Of a stretch of 64,000 nucleotides of DNA, positions 41,111 through 50,967 are shown one piece after another. This DNA comes from Candidatus Levyibacteriota bacterium (GTDB taxonomy: Bacteria > Patescibacteriota > Microgenomatia > Levybacterales > UBA12049): the NCBI GenBank assembly GCA_963790825.1, contig CAWBPM010000002.1, positions 359,159 to 423,158 of the forward strand. The letters are read 5' to 3'. A program made the translations under genes and the position numbers. Numbering within the stretch: position 1 is the stretch's first letter; each line of letters opens with the position of its first letter. Below the pieces are notes generated by a model. That model had not been told where the DNA came from, did not search any database, and saw only the letters and a list, made by a program, of their open reading frames with translations.

Positions 41111-42256
41111 GTGAAAAAAGATAAATCACTGGCAAAACTTTTCAAAGGCAATATTGGAATTTCATATATCGCATTTATTATAGTACTTGTAATTATATTG
41201 AGTGCTTTAATGTCGGGCGGAATTACGCCAAATAATGGTTCAACTCTGACAGGGAGCCCCGTAACTCCGATGGTCCCAGCCACGACATCTGGCCACCCCG
41301 TTCTTCAGCTATATACATTTGGGTTTACCACTCCTGCTCCTACAATTTCCACTATTTCTATAACTCCTCCTCCGGGCACAACTTCGACATCGGTTGCTAA
41401 TGGTAAAGTTTGTACAGTAGACGGTGGGGACGAAATCCTTTTAATACCGGCTTGTGGAGCTGATTCACAATGTGATTATATCAGTCAGGAATACCTGGCA
41501 TACGCTTGCGATGCCAGCTTTTGCTCTGGAAAATATGACAACGGAGTATTTTTAGATACATTATTAAATGGACCTGCCGGAGTAGTATATTGCATAGTTC
41601 AAACAGGAGCTCCGGATCCAAACGAAATAGCTACGCCCGCTAATATTGCTGCAGCAGCAGCACTAGTTCCCGGTAGCTGTCAGGAAGCCTGTGAAGGCAA
41701 ACCTGTCATTTATCTTTATCCAACCAAACCAACACTTGTCTCTGTAAGTCTCACTGTTCCGGGAGTAATTGTCGCAAGTATTCCTCAGTATCCGCAAAAT
41801 GGTTGGGAAAATGTTTTGGCACAACCTGACGGTACATTAACCTACCAGGGTAAAACATACAGCGAGCTTTTCTACGAATCTCAAGTGGATAGGGTTAGTC
41901 CTTCGCAAAGTGGCGTTGTCATTACTGCTTCTGATCTCAGAGAAAAATTAACTGAGATTACATTTAAGCTAGGACTCAAACCAAGTGAACAAGCTGAATT
42001 CCTTGGCTACTGGCTGCCAAGACTTAACCAACTTAATTCTCCCTATATTCTATTCTCACTCACCGATCCTGCGGAGAAGGAACGAATCGATCATGTGGAT
42101 ATTACACCAGCCCCTCAGACAAGAATTGAATTCCTGGTTGATTTTAAACCTCTGAAAGAACCTATACAGGTCAATCCTCTTATTCTTCCTGTCAACCCAC
42201 CAAAACGGGTTGGGTTTACCGAAGTTGAATGGGGCGGAACAATTGATTACAAATAA
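41111..42256 (+). CDS. Membrane-anchored Cys-rich protein with KPVIYLYP...VEWGG domain
   Basis: N-terminal TM helix, PT linker, eight Cys, C-terminal domain (LFYE, EF..YW.P.L, VEWGG). Confidence 0.8.
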   Translation: MKKDKSLAKLFKGNIGISYIAFIIVLVIILSALMSGGITPNNGSTLTGSPVTPMVPATTSGHPVLQLYTFGFTTPAPTISTISITPPPGTTSTSVANGKVCTVDGGDEILLIPACGADSQCDYISQEYLAYACDASFCSGKYDNGVFLDTLLNGPAGVVYCIVQTGAPDPNEIATPANIAAAAALVPGSCQEACEGKPVIYLYPTKPTLVSVSLTVPGVIVASIPQYPQNGWENVLAQPDGTLTYQGKTYSELFYESQVDRVSPSQSGVVITASDLREKLTEITFKLGLKPSEQAEFLGYWLPRLNQLNSPYILFSLTDPAEKERIDHVDITPAPQTRIEFLVDFKPLKEPIQVNPLILPVNPPKRVGFTEVEWGGTIDYK

Positions 42257-42349
42257 ATATTTCTAAGTACCGCTCTTAAAATTAAGATGCCCAACAAAAC
42301 CTAATAGTAATCCGTGCAGATTGATTGATATTCAAAACAATGAAAACAA

Positions 42350-43027
42350 CTAGCGAAGAAGTTTGAAAGAAGCAAGTATGTTGTTAAAAATACTTTCAAG
42401 TTGCGGATCTCGATTTGGCGCAATACCTATATATTTATATTCAAAAAAATAGCTGGAGCCATTATAGTACAAGATAAGGTAAGTCTTGTAAGTAACACTT
42501 TGGTTTACAAAGTTTGCTCTGATCGGAGGCGTCGTACCGAGTAACCTGGTTGCCTGGAGATTATCAACAAAAATAAAATCCATCTTAAATCCAGAATTAA
42601 CAAGAGTAAGCTCGTTTTGTTTTAGTGTCGCAGCAGCCGAACCGCTTTCAGAAAAAATGGTAATATTAGAGGAGGCAGATGAGGACATAGGTTTTATGTT
42701 TACCCCCGGTTCTGTAGGGGAAAAATTTTCTTCCTGTACCTGCCAATCCGGAGGATAAAGAAAACTATATTGAGTATTTTGATAGTTTTTCCAACCGACA
42801 GTTGGGTTGAGAGCCTGTGTTGGGAAGGATGATTGCTTGGCGATTCCGGAATTGTTTGAGACAGAATTGCCGGAATTGACAGTTCGAGGTGTACTATTTT
42901 TGCTTGTCAAACTTATAGTAAGAAAGGTAAGCAAAATAAGCAAAATCACTACTCCAAATCCGGCAGAAACAAAAAGAAGAACTTTTTTATCCAACTGAAG
43001 AGAAGCAATCTTAGAAAGAATATCCAT
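42350..43027 (-). CDS. Membrane-anchored PsbP-like protein
   Basis: WKNYQN..YSFLYPPDW...FNNILASFKL. Confidence 0.75.
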   Translation of the reverse strand: MDILSKIASLQLDKKVLLFVSAGFGVVILLILLTFLTISLTSKNSTPRTVNSGNSVSNNSGIAKQSSFPTQALNPTVGWKNYQNTQYSFLYPPDWQVQEENFSPTEPGVNIKPMSSSASSNITIFSESGSAAATLKQNELTLVNSGFKMDFIFVDNLQATRLLGTTPPIRANFVNQSVTYKTYLILYYNGSSYFFEYKYIGIAPNRDPQLESIFNNILASFKLLR

Positions 43028-43322
43028 ATATCAAGTATTTCATCCCTAAAAGATCTTTGTCAACTGCTTGATTTACAAGGAAATTCTAAATATCCGAGGT
43101 TCGCTATTCCGAGTTAAAGAACTGGGCTGGCGAGTTTGTTTGGAGATGGAATTAAATATATTCTAGCTTATTAAATACTTTACTTTCGAAAAACTTAACA
43201 AACTTGGTTTCGGTACCATAATAATCGGATTGTATTAACTTTATCAGAAAGAAATAACAAACAAGTCTTGACAGGTATCTTATAGCGTGATATATTTTGA
43301 ATCTAGTTAACAGATCTCGAAA

Positions 43323-44336
43323 ATGAATTATAAAAAAATTATTTTAGGTACATTTTTCTTAGCTTTATTTGGGGTTATTTTTGCTTTACACTCTACCAGT
43401 GAAGCTGCCACCACCCCATGGTGGAACAGCGCCTGGAGTTACAGGGCTCCAATAACTATAACTGAGACCTCAGGTTCAAGTCTAACTAATTATCAAGTCG
43501 CAATCACTGTCTCCTATTCTGCCAAGATGAAATCTGATTTTAGCGATATCAGATTTGTAAGTAGCGATAACGCAACTGAACTCCCTTACTGGCGTCAAAC
43601 CTACTCTGGTACTTCAGCTACTTTCTGGGTTGAGGTTCCATCTGTTCCGGCATTAGGAACTGCCAGTATCTATATGTATTACGGTAACTCCACTGCTCAA
43701 ACCACCAGCAACATCCACAACACATTTTTGTGGGGTGATGATTTTGAGAATGCAACATGGACTAGTAACAATATACATCAGGTAAACTATAGCGGTTCAA
43801 CACAATACGTACAGGGTGGTTTATATTACATGCAAGGTGCGGGGGCGAGCGAACCTATTGCCGAAATATATCAAAACGGTTCGTTGAAAAGCTTCCCGAA
43901 TAATTACATCGCTGAGGTTGATGTAAAACCAATAATTAAAGCCGGAAGCGCGTTCATTAACCCGAGATACAACTCAGTCACCGACAAGTATGAATCTTTA
44001 ATGGATATTAAATACAATGCCGCCGGTGTAAACAAAGTGGTAAATGATTCGTGGGCAACTCTTCAGTGGAATCCTGTTAACTTTACCATTAACGTCGGTA
44101 CTACGTATAAATTGAAAGCAGTAACTCTCAGGGAAGGAGCCACAAACCGATTACAAGTTTACATAAATGACGTGATGTATGTTAATCTTACCGATTCCAG
44201 TCTTTCTTATCCCGGATTGGCATTTTTAACTTACGACTGGCAGAACCCCTTTGAAGTAACCTATGATAACTTTAGAGTTCACCAGTATGCCTCAAAAGAA
44301 CCAACCAGTCTGATCGGAGCGGAACAACACCCCTAA
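43323..44336 (+). CDS. Secreted DUF2341-domain protein with beta-sandwich C-terminus
   Basis: WWNSAWSYR, LTNYQV, DFSDIRF, ELPYW, IYMYYGN, DDFE. Confidence 0.88.
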   Translation: MNYKKIILGTFFLALFGVIFALHSTSEAATTPWWNSAWSYRAPITITETSGSSLTNYQVAITVSYSAKMKSDFSDIRFVSSDNATELPYWRQTYSGTSATFWVEVPSVPALGTASIYMYYGNSTAQTTSNIHNTFLWGDDFENATWTSNNIHQVNYSGSTQYVQGGLYYMQGAGASEPIAEIYQNGSLKSFPNNYIAEVDVKPIIKAGSAFINPRYNSVTDKYESLMDIKYNAAGVNKVVNDSWATLQWNPVNFTINVGTTYKLKAVTLREGATNRLQVYINDVMYVNLTDSSLSYPGLAFLTYDWQNPFEVTYDNFRVHQYASKEPTSLIGAEQHP

Positions 44337-44416
44337 AAAAAGCTTGTACAATCTTTATTGTGTTCTCGGAAGAATCGAATCCTCAAATTTTCAGCTTCAC
44401 CCGCCTAAATTTGTGT

Positions 44417-44433
44417 TGGCTGTCGAGCCTGGA
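44417..44433 (-). repeat. att-like copy of the tRNA-Gln 3' end, with CCA
   Basis: TGGCTGTCGAGCCTGGA; its last 15 bp are identical to 45296-45310. Confidence 0.8.
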
Positions 44434-44602
44434 CTATTTCCGAACTTATGAATGGCAAAACCCAAAGTTTATTTATTATCAGGCACAAAAATATTTATAT
44501 ACTGAAATATAATTGGGCGTATGTAAGAATATCTTTCGTTAGGTTATCTTAGAAATAGTTATTGACCAGATATAAAAAGGGTGTATACTTTCATCATTAA
44601 CT

Positions 44603-45133
44603 ATGCCTGAGAAGTTAGGACCAACAATACAATCCGATACATTACGGACAACAACTGTCGAACATCGTCAATCATCAACGACAGGAAGAAGATTGGTGGT
44701 ATTCGGTAAAGATAACTCTGTTCCACCGATTGAATATGTCTTTTTAGGTAGTGCAGAGCAATTGTTACATTTCATCGCAGTTGAACAACACCTTGATGAT
44801 ACGCTGCAACAAGGAACAACTCATACAATGCAAGATATATTTCGTTTACAACCAACCTTTCCCTCACATCTGATTAGAGAAACAGAAAAAATACTTAATA
44901 TCTATAAGATTAAAACAAATATAAGTAAAGGTGAACAGATACTAGAGGGACCGGCAGTTGCTCCAACTGCTCTAGGAGAAAAACCAAGAGTCATTGTAGA
45001 TACAACTGGTATGTGGGGACCAGTAGAATATGTGTTGGGGAAATGGAAAAAAAGCGAGCCTGCAACATCTTCAGAAGCAAGTAATCCAGTGAACAAAGAG
45101 ATGTTCCTCCTCCAGACGGACGGGCAACAGTAG
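44603..45133 (+). CDS. Hypothetical protein (orphan-like)
   Basis: 176-aa ORF preceded by a TTGACC-17-TATACT promoter-like sequence. Confidence 0.6.
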   Translation: MPEKLGPTIQSDTLRTTTVEHRQSSTTGRRLVVFGKDNSVPPIEYVFLGSAEQLLHFIAVEQHLDDTLQQGTTHTMQDIFRLQPTFPSHLIRETEKILNIYKIKTNISKGEQILEGPAVAPTALGEKPRVIVDTTGMWGPVEYVLGKWKKSEPATSSEASNPVNKEMFLLQTDGQQ

Positions 45134-45296
45134 CAAGTGCGAGCGGGAGATATTATAAATGATCCGGAAATAATCTACTGGGATCCCCTTGAAGAATTGA
45201 ATAGGTAATAATAAAAGTAAATTAAAATAAACCAGTTTGGATTCGAACCAAAATAGCTACAAAAATTAGAAGACCTTTGTTGATTTAGCCTCGTAG

Positions 45297-45367
45297 CTGT
45301 CGAGCCTGGATTCGAACCAGAATAAACAGATCCAAAGTCTGTTGTCCTACCATTAGACGACTCGACA
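45297..45367 (-). tRNA. tRNA-Gln(TTG)
   Basis: TGTCGAG/CTCGACA acceptor stem, ACAGA-CTTTGGA-TCTGT anticodon arm, GTTCGAATC T-loop; CCA not encoded. Confidence 0.95.
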
Positions 45368-45607
45368 ATGTTTTATTAATTCCTTAAATTGTATTCCTCC
45401 TTTATATGATTTTAACTCAATCTCTCTTTCTCTAGCCTCTTTATAATTTATAAACTCTTCAGTCAAGACTATCTTCCATGGTTTTCTACTCTTAGTAGAA
45501 AAAACTTGTCCAGCGTTATGTTTCTTTATTCGTAAATCTATATTCTTTGTTATACCTATATAATAACCATGGTCTTTGTGACTTTGTAATATATAGACTA
45601 CTACCAT
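45353..45607 (-). CDS. Small GIY-YIG nuclease
   Basis: VYILQS......YYIGIT.NI..R...HN.G...STK.RKPW......A..RE..LK; the stop lies inside tRNA-Gln. Confidence 0.92.
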   Translation of the reverse strand: MVVVYILQSHKDHGYYIGITKNIDLRIKKHNAGQVFSTKSRKPWKIVLTEEFINYKEAREREIELKSYKGGIQFKELIKHCRVV

Positions 45608-45609
45608 AG

Positions 45610-45656
45610 CTGTTGTCCTACTTTACCCCGCAATGCGGGGCGAGGACGACTCGACA
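45610..45656 (-). repeat. Duplicated tRNA-Gln 5' half with a palindrome inserted in the D-loop
   Basis: TGTCGAGTCGTC + 23-nt insert containing CCCCGCATTGCGGGG + GTAGGACAACAG; both 12-bp flanks are identical to the tRNA. Confidence 0.88.
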
Positions 45657-45753
45657 TTATAAGAAAAAGACTCTGTAATGATATCAAATTGAGGATAATC
45701 ATTCAAATCTGAAAGTTTGACAATCTCTATAAGGCCATTTTATACTTCTAATT

Positions 45754-46173
45754 ATGAAAAACTTATATACTCCCTCAAAATTATTAAGTAGAAAAGATTT
45801 TTTAAGGCTTGAAAAAGTATTTTTTGTGTATTGGTCTAAAGACACGACTTACTCAGACGTTGCCGGTGAATGGACAACGGAAAATAAAGCTCTCGGACAA
45901 TGTCTTATTACTACTTTAATTGTTAATGATTTATATAGTGGAGAAATGGTTTATGATAGAAAGAATTCTCATTTTTGGAATATTTTGCCCGATAAAACAG
46001 AACAGGACTTTTCTAGGTCTCAGTTTAAAGTTAATAGGATTTTCACTATTACAAAATATAAAACCAGAGATGAGATGCTTTTTGACGAGAATGGAGTTAA
46101 GAAACACACTTTCGAAAAATATCAAATGCTCAAAGATAGATTTTTAAAGACACTGACAAATATATCTGAATAA
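45754..46173 (+). CDS. YunG-like protein
   Basis: WS.DT, GQC..T.LIVND, HFWN, DFSRSQF. Confidence 0.75.
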   Translation: MKNLYTPSKLLSRKDFLRLEKVFFVYWSKDTTYSDVAGEWTTENKALGQCLITTLIVNDLYSGEMVYDRKNSHFWNILPDKTEQDFSRSQFKVNRIFTITKYKTRDEMLFDENGVKKHTFEKYQMLKDRFLKTLTNISE

Positions 46174-46285
46174 AACCGAGATAATACTATAATTCTGAAA
46201 GTGCAGAATGATTATTCTTTACCAAACAAACCGCCAATCTTTTCTTTAGCAAAGCGAATCGTTCTGAACCTTGGCGAAAGATGAG

Positions 46286-46357
46286 AGCGGGCGATGGGAA
46301 TCGAACCCACCACATCTTCCTTGGCAAGGAAGCATTCTACCGATGAACTACGCCCGC
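46286..46357 (-). tRNA. tRNA-Gly(GCC)
   Basis: GCGGGCG/CGCCCGC acceptor stem, CTTCC-TTGCCAA-GGAAG, GTTCGATTC. Confidence 0.95.
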
Positions 46358-46404
46358 AAGAATTCTATTATACGAAAATAGAATCATAAAGACAAGAATC
46401 CTCT

Positions 46405-47925
46405 CTAAAGTTCTATTGCCTGCTGCTCTATTCTCTCCGATTCTTCCGGTTTTCTTTTATTATTCTCGGTTACAAAGAGTGCGGAGATTCCTCCAATAAT
46501 GGTAATGATCCCCGCCCAGAAGAAAACACTACCGAATGCTGAAATGTTCGCCTTCACTTCCATCAGACCCGCAACCGTCCGGAGAAGTACGGGACTGGCC
46601 GTATTCACGACCGTGTAGTGTTCGATATTGACCATTTGCGAATAGGTGCTGTTAGTAAGAATTGTGGCAAAAATAGCTATACCAAATGCCCCGGCAATAT
46701 TTCTCGCCAAAGCCAATATGGATGAGGCAATTCCAACCTCATGAATAGGCACCCTACTGGTTGCCGCTTGAGTAAGAGCTGCAAACCCTACACCAAGTCC
46801 TAAAGAGAGAAGAAATAATAATCCTGAAATATGCCAGAATCCCCATTTAACATCTAAGCCTGTCATCACGAACATAATAAAAGATGTCCAAAATAGTCCA
46901 ATTGCAGTCATGATATTCCCGGGAAATTTTCCCAGCAACCGTCCGCCAACTAATGAGGATATCATGATGCCAAACGCCATGGGAATAAAAACATAGCCTG
47001 ATTTAGTAACCGAATAGCCCAAGTATGTTTGGACGAACAAAGGAATAAGGAAAAATCCACCTATCATTCCCATCATAGAAATAAATGAGGCAATAATTGA
47101 AAAAGTAAACACTCGGTCTTTAAAGAATTTCAAATCAATAATCGGCTCTCTTTGATTACGTTCAAACCAGATAAATGCCAAAAGTGAAAGGGTAGAGACG
47201 ATATATGAAATGATACTATTGAAACTACCCCAGCCCCAACTCTGACCCTGGTCTAGGACTAATACCATCGATCCGAGCGAAACGCCCAATAAAATAGACC
47301 CTTCAAAATCAAAATATCTTAAATGTATGGTCTCGGTCACTGTTTCTTTAATATATTTGATTGCCATATATGTACCTAAGATTCCCAGAGGAATATTTAC
47401 GTAAAATACCGAGCGCCAGGAAAATGCGTCAATGAGTGGTCCTCCGATTAATGGTCCGAATACAATCGCCATTGCGAAGATCCCGGACCACATACCCATA
47501 GCTTGCGCACGCAGTTTTTTATCGTCAAACGAGTAAGCAATAACGGACAGTGCAATGGGATAGTTGATAGAAACTGTAATTGCCTGTAAAACCCGGAAAA
47601 AAACGAGTGTAGGAAAATTGAAGGACAAACCGGCTAACGCCGATGTAATTGTAAAACCGACGATGCCGAATATAAACAGCCGTTTTCTGCCAATCATGTC
47701 TGCCAACTTACCAAATACAGGCACAAAGATTGCATTCGCGATAATATAGGCAGTTGCGATCCAACTCGCTTGTGAGACGGTAATACCAAAATCAGAAATA
47801 ATTTTGGGTAACGCGAGGTTAACTATAGTCCCGTCAAGTCTCCCCAGGAAACTTGAAAGCATAACTGTGGCTAAAATCATCCAATGTTCCCTGGTAAATT
47901 TTGGACTTGGGGCTTTTTCATCCAT
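46405..47925 (-). CDS. DHA2 (EmrB/QacA-like) MFS transporter
   Basis: LDGTIVNLALP, GKLADMIGRK, GPLIGG, WRSVFYVNIPLG; 14-TM pattern. Confidence 0.93.
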   Translation of the reverse strand: MDEKAPSPKFTREHWMILATVMLSSFLGRLDGTIVNLALPKIISDFGITVSQASWIATAYIIANAIFVPVFGKLADMIGRKRLFIFGIVGFTITSALAGLSFNFPTLVFFRVLQAITVSINYPIALSVIAYSFDDKKLRAQAMGMWSGIFAMAIVFGPLIGGPLIDAFSWRSVFYVNIPLGILGTYMAIKYIKETVTETIHLRYFDFEGSILLGVSLGSMVLVLDQGQSWGWGSFNSIISYIVSTLSLLAFIWFERNQREPIIDLKFFKDRVFTFSIIASFISMMGMIGGFFLIPLFVQTYLGYSVTKSGYVFIPMAFGIMISSLVGGRLLGKFPGNIMTAIGLFWTSFIMFVMTGLDVKWGFWHISGLLFLLSLGLGVGFAALTQAATSRVPIHEVGIASSILALARNIAGAFGIAIFATILTNSTYSQMVNIEHYTVVNTASPVLLRTVAGLMEVKANISAFGSVFFWAGIITIIGGISALFVTENNKRKPEESERIEQQAIEL

Positions 47926-47937
47926 ACAAGGTGTTAA

Positions 47938-48573
47938 TTAGTTCTGGCTGGTATAGATAACCATTTTGGCTGACATACCATTTTTTATTTGCGGGAAACT
48001 TGCCGCATCAAAATGCGCATAGACATCAAACTGTTGCGTCGGACGTTCAGTTGAAATCGAGAAGGAAAGTTGTGTTTGCTTGGCAGTCGGCGAAACTTCA
48101 TCGACATATCCCCAAAACGTTTGTCCAGGCAACGCATCAACAGTAAATGCAACCGGCTGACCGACTCTAATCTGATCTAATCCTTTATTCTCATCAATTG
48201 TTCCGTCAACCCGCATGTCAGACAGATTAATCATCTGAACGACAGGGGTAAGTGGCGAAACAGTACCGCCAATTGCCTGATCTGTTTGTATTATCAGCCC
48301 ATCGGTATATGCATGAAGCGTTTCGGACCCCACCACAGCCAGATCCTGTCCCTTACGGATAGTCTGTCCTTCACTGACGAGTACAGACTTCAATACTCCG
48401 GAAGAAGACGGCGAGATAGTCACGACAGATGCGGAAATTAGTGAATCATCAATTACTACTCGGTTTATGGTTTTAAGATAGAAAAATATACCCGCGATCA
48501 GTAAAACAGCAACGAGAGCAAATCCTAGTCTTTTTAACGTTTGTTTATTTTTCAGCTTATTGATTGCATCCAT
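47938..48573 (-). CDS. HlyD/EmrA-like membrane fusion protein lacking the alpha-hairpin
   Basis: V.EGQ.I.KGQ.L, IDE.......VGQ.V.FTVDA.P, GMSA. Confidence 0.85.
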   Translation of the reverse strand: MDAINKLKNKQTLKRLGFALVAVLLIAGIFFYLKTINRVVIDDSLISASVVTISPSSSGVLKSVLVSEGQTIRKGQDLAVVGSETLHAYTDGLIIQTDQAIGGTVSPLTPVVQMINLSDMRVDGTIDENKGLDQIRVGQPVAFTVDALPGQTFWGYVDEVSPTAKQTQLSFSISTERPTQQFDVYAHFDAASFPQIKNGMSAKMVIYTSQN

Positions 48574-48577
48574 AATT

Positions 48578-49687
48578 TTATAACAAGATATATTTACTGC
48601 TTATGATACTCTTGGGATTGGTAATTACCCGGTCAGTACTCTTTAGACCGCTTAATACTTCCGTCACATTTTCATTTGTATCGCCAACAACTATTTTTTT
48701 AAGAACTGCCTGATTATTACTATCCAGCACCCAGACATATTGATGGTTCAGAACTGTCCAGGAGGGGAGGAGAGCAACCGGCGTATGGTACTTATTATCG
48801 ATCAAAACCGATCCGCTTTGACTAAGTTTGCCAAGTGAACTTAAGTCATTGCTTTGAATATCCACTTGGTAGATATTTTCACCGTCCGGTAATGTTTGTT
48901 TTTCCGGATAGATTTTACTGACTGTTCCGGTAATAGTTCTTCCCTCAAGGTCGGTTAAATTAATTGTAGCTTTTGCTCCGATTGCAATAAAGTCGATATC
49001 GGACTCATCAATATTTGCCCGAAAAACTATGTTATTCGGATCGGCAACTGAAAAGGACGTGGCAGGCGTAACATTAACACCTGATGTTGTCACATCTTCA
49101 TGAGTTACAATTCCGCTAATCGGGGAAGTGAGTGTTGCTAGTTGTATTGCATAATTAGCAAGGTCCACAGTAAGCTGCGCAGAATTCTGGGTCAGAATAC
49201 TATTATCGACAAATCTTTTTACCGCATCATCAATAACTTGAGATTCCGTTATGTTATTGTAGGCATTTTTGTTGGTCGTATCCAGTGATTGTCTTTGTTG
49301 CCCATTGACAACTCCTGCCTGTTCATTTTCCTGCGTCTGATTGGCATTATTTTTCGTCAATTCGTAGGCATTCGCCGCAAGTTGTAATTGTTCCTGAAAC
49401 GCATATGTGTCAAGCTGCGCAACCACTTGCCCTTGAGTTACCCTGTCGCCTTCCTTGACCGGTAAAGCAGTTAACTTACCTCCTGTCTGGAAATGAAGTG
49501 TCGCTTCGTTTTGCGATTGAACCGCTCCATTGGCAAGAATTGTACTCTGAACCGTCCGGATAGGCACTGCGACTGCTGCCGCTTGGGCGTAAGGCTTAGA
49601 AAAAAGATTAGGCCAAATCAGAACCAAAACTGCCAGAGCATCAATCAGTACAAAACCGAGAAAAAAGAGTAATTTTTTATTCTTCAT
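48578..49687 (-). CDS. Efflux periplasmic-adaptor (MFP) subunit
   Basis: VKEGDRV..GQVVAQLD, LTSPISG.V, IDESDI, EVLSGL...DRVI. Confidence 0.88.
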   Translation of the reverse strand: MKNKKLLFFLGFVLIDALAVLVLIWPNLFSKPYAQAAAVAVPIRTVQSTILANGAVQSQNEATLHFQTGGKLTALPVKEGDRVTQGQVVAQLDTYAFQEQLQLAANAYELTKNNANQTQENEQAGVVNGQQRQSLDTTNKNAYNNITESQVIDDAVKRFVDNSILTQNSAQLTVDLANYAIQLATLTSPISGIVTHEDVTTSGVNVTPATSFSVADPNNIVFRANIDESDIDFIAIGAKATINLTDLEGRTITGTVSKIYPEKQTLPDGENIYQVDIQSNDLSSLGKLSQSGSVLIDNKYHTPVALLPSWTVLNHQYVWVLDSNNQAVLKKIVVGDTNENVTEVLSGLKSTDRVITNPKSIISSKYILL

Positions 49688-49705
49688 ATATTTATTCTAA
49701 TATCT

Positions 49706-50134
49706 TTACGCAGTATTCTCAACCACGCGGGACAAAATGCCAAGAATCTGGGTTTTTTCTTTTTCCGTTAACAGATCAAGGAATTTATTCAGCTTCTCAT
49801 TTTTCCTTTTCAATTCTTCAGTCATGAGCATTTCTCCTCTATCCGTTAAAGTTACTTTTACGACGCGTCGATCCTTAGGATCATGGATACGTTTGACAAG
49901 TTTCATTAAGACTAATTTATCTAACAATACGGTAGCTGTGGGCATCGAGATTCGGAAATTATCTGCCACATCGCTCATTTGTACGACTTTATGTTTTTTG
50001 AGTATAATCAGTGATTCAAGTTGCAAAAAAGTTAAGTGCGCGACAAGCGAATGGTTTTGCATTTGCTCTCGTATAATGCGACTGAAGTGGAATAATTTAT
50101 CTATAAGTTGCGTGTCTATTTCGCTCTGCTTCAT
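49706..50134 (-). CDS. MarR family regulator
   Basis: LDKLV...LVKR..DPKDRR...VTLT..G. Confidence 0.93.
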   Translation of the reverse strand: MKQSEIDTQLIDKLFHFSRIIREQMQNHSLVAHLTFLQLESLIILKKHKVVQMSDVADNFRISMPTATVLLDKLVLMKLVKRIHDPKDRRVVKVTLTDRGEMLMTEELKRKNEKLNKFLDLLTEKEKTQILGILSRVVENTA

Positions 50135-50244
50135 ATTAATATTGCTTACTATTAGTAGTACTAACTATTTGTGATTATAAGTTACTATTTGTCATTTGTC
50201 AAGTACTAAGGTGAGTAACTATATTATAAGTTCAAAATAGTATA

Positions 50245-50835
50245 TTAGGGGGTGAATCCTCGGGACCGGGCTGCCAGGAGTACGCCTTTGTAATTACCGC
50301 CGTATGTTTTCAATCCCATGCTCCAACCACCATGTTTAGCTAGATAATTGGCTGCTGCATAGATCGCATCTACCGCGTTATCTATGTCAGGATGACCGTC
50401 AACTTTATACGCTTGGAATGTTCCTGGCATAAATTGCATTGGTCCTCTGGCTCCCGTACCATATCCGCTGAGAATCGGACCATTACGAAGTCCTGTTTCT
50501 GTCATATGAATGCCGTATAGGATTTGCCAGGGTATACCAAACTGTGACCCGGCTTGTTTGTAAACATTATCAAAACTCGACGGGGGATATGAGGTTTGCG
50601 AAGGCAGAGTAAATTGCGTAGTAACAGGCTTTGGATTTTGCAAAGAAATAGCATCAACTTCTTTCGCTAAAGAACTATTGCTTTTTCGGGAGACTTCATT
50701 CTTAAGTACTTTCGCATTTTCAGGCATTACAACTAAGTACTGAATCAGCACAGCAGGAGAAGAATTTATTTTGGAGAAAGGCGAAGAGAAAAGTAATACT
50801 CCTGCCAAAATAGTCGGCACAATTGTTGTCGGCAT
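50245..50835 (-). CDS. Lytic transglycosylase (SLT domain)
   Basis: GIPWQILYGIH..ET, GARGPMQFMPGTF, DAIYAAANYL. Probable start is ATG 50835. Confidence 0.88.
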   Translation of the reverse strand: MPTTIVPTILAGVLLFSSPFSKINSSPAVLIQYLVVMPENAKVLKNEVSRKSNSSLAKEVDAISLQNPKPVTTQFTLPSQTSYPPSSFDNVYKQAGSQFGIPWQILYGIHMTETGLRNGPILSGYGTGARGPMQFMPGTFQAYKVDGHPDIDNAVDAIYAAANYLAKHGGWSMGLKTYGGNYKGVLLAARSRGFTP

Positions 50836-50967
50836 AAAGCAAAAAACCAACTATATAAATAGTTGGCTCAACATTAGGAAATAATAGCAGAATTAGATTG
50901 GTTTGTCAAGCAAAACGTGCTTTTTGTAATTACTTTATAAAATGCAGTAAAAATGGTAAGATAAATA

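Noticed and set aside
45297-45656. tRNA intron or split tRNA-Gln
   Set aside because: The downstream tRNA is complete by itself; the upstream piece is a redundant partial copy with no group I/II intron features.
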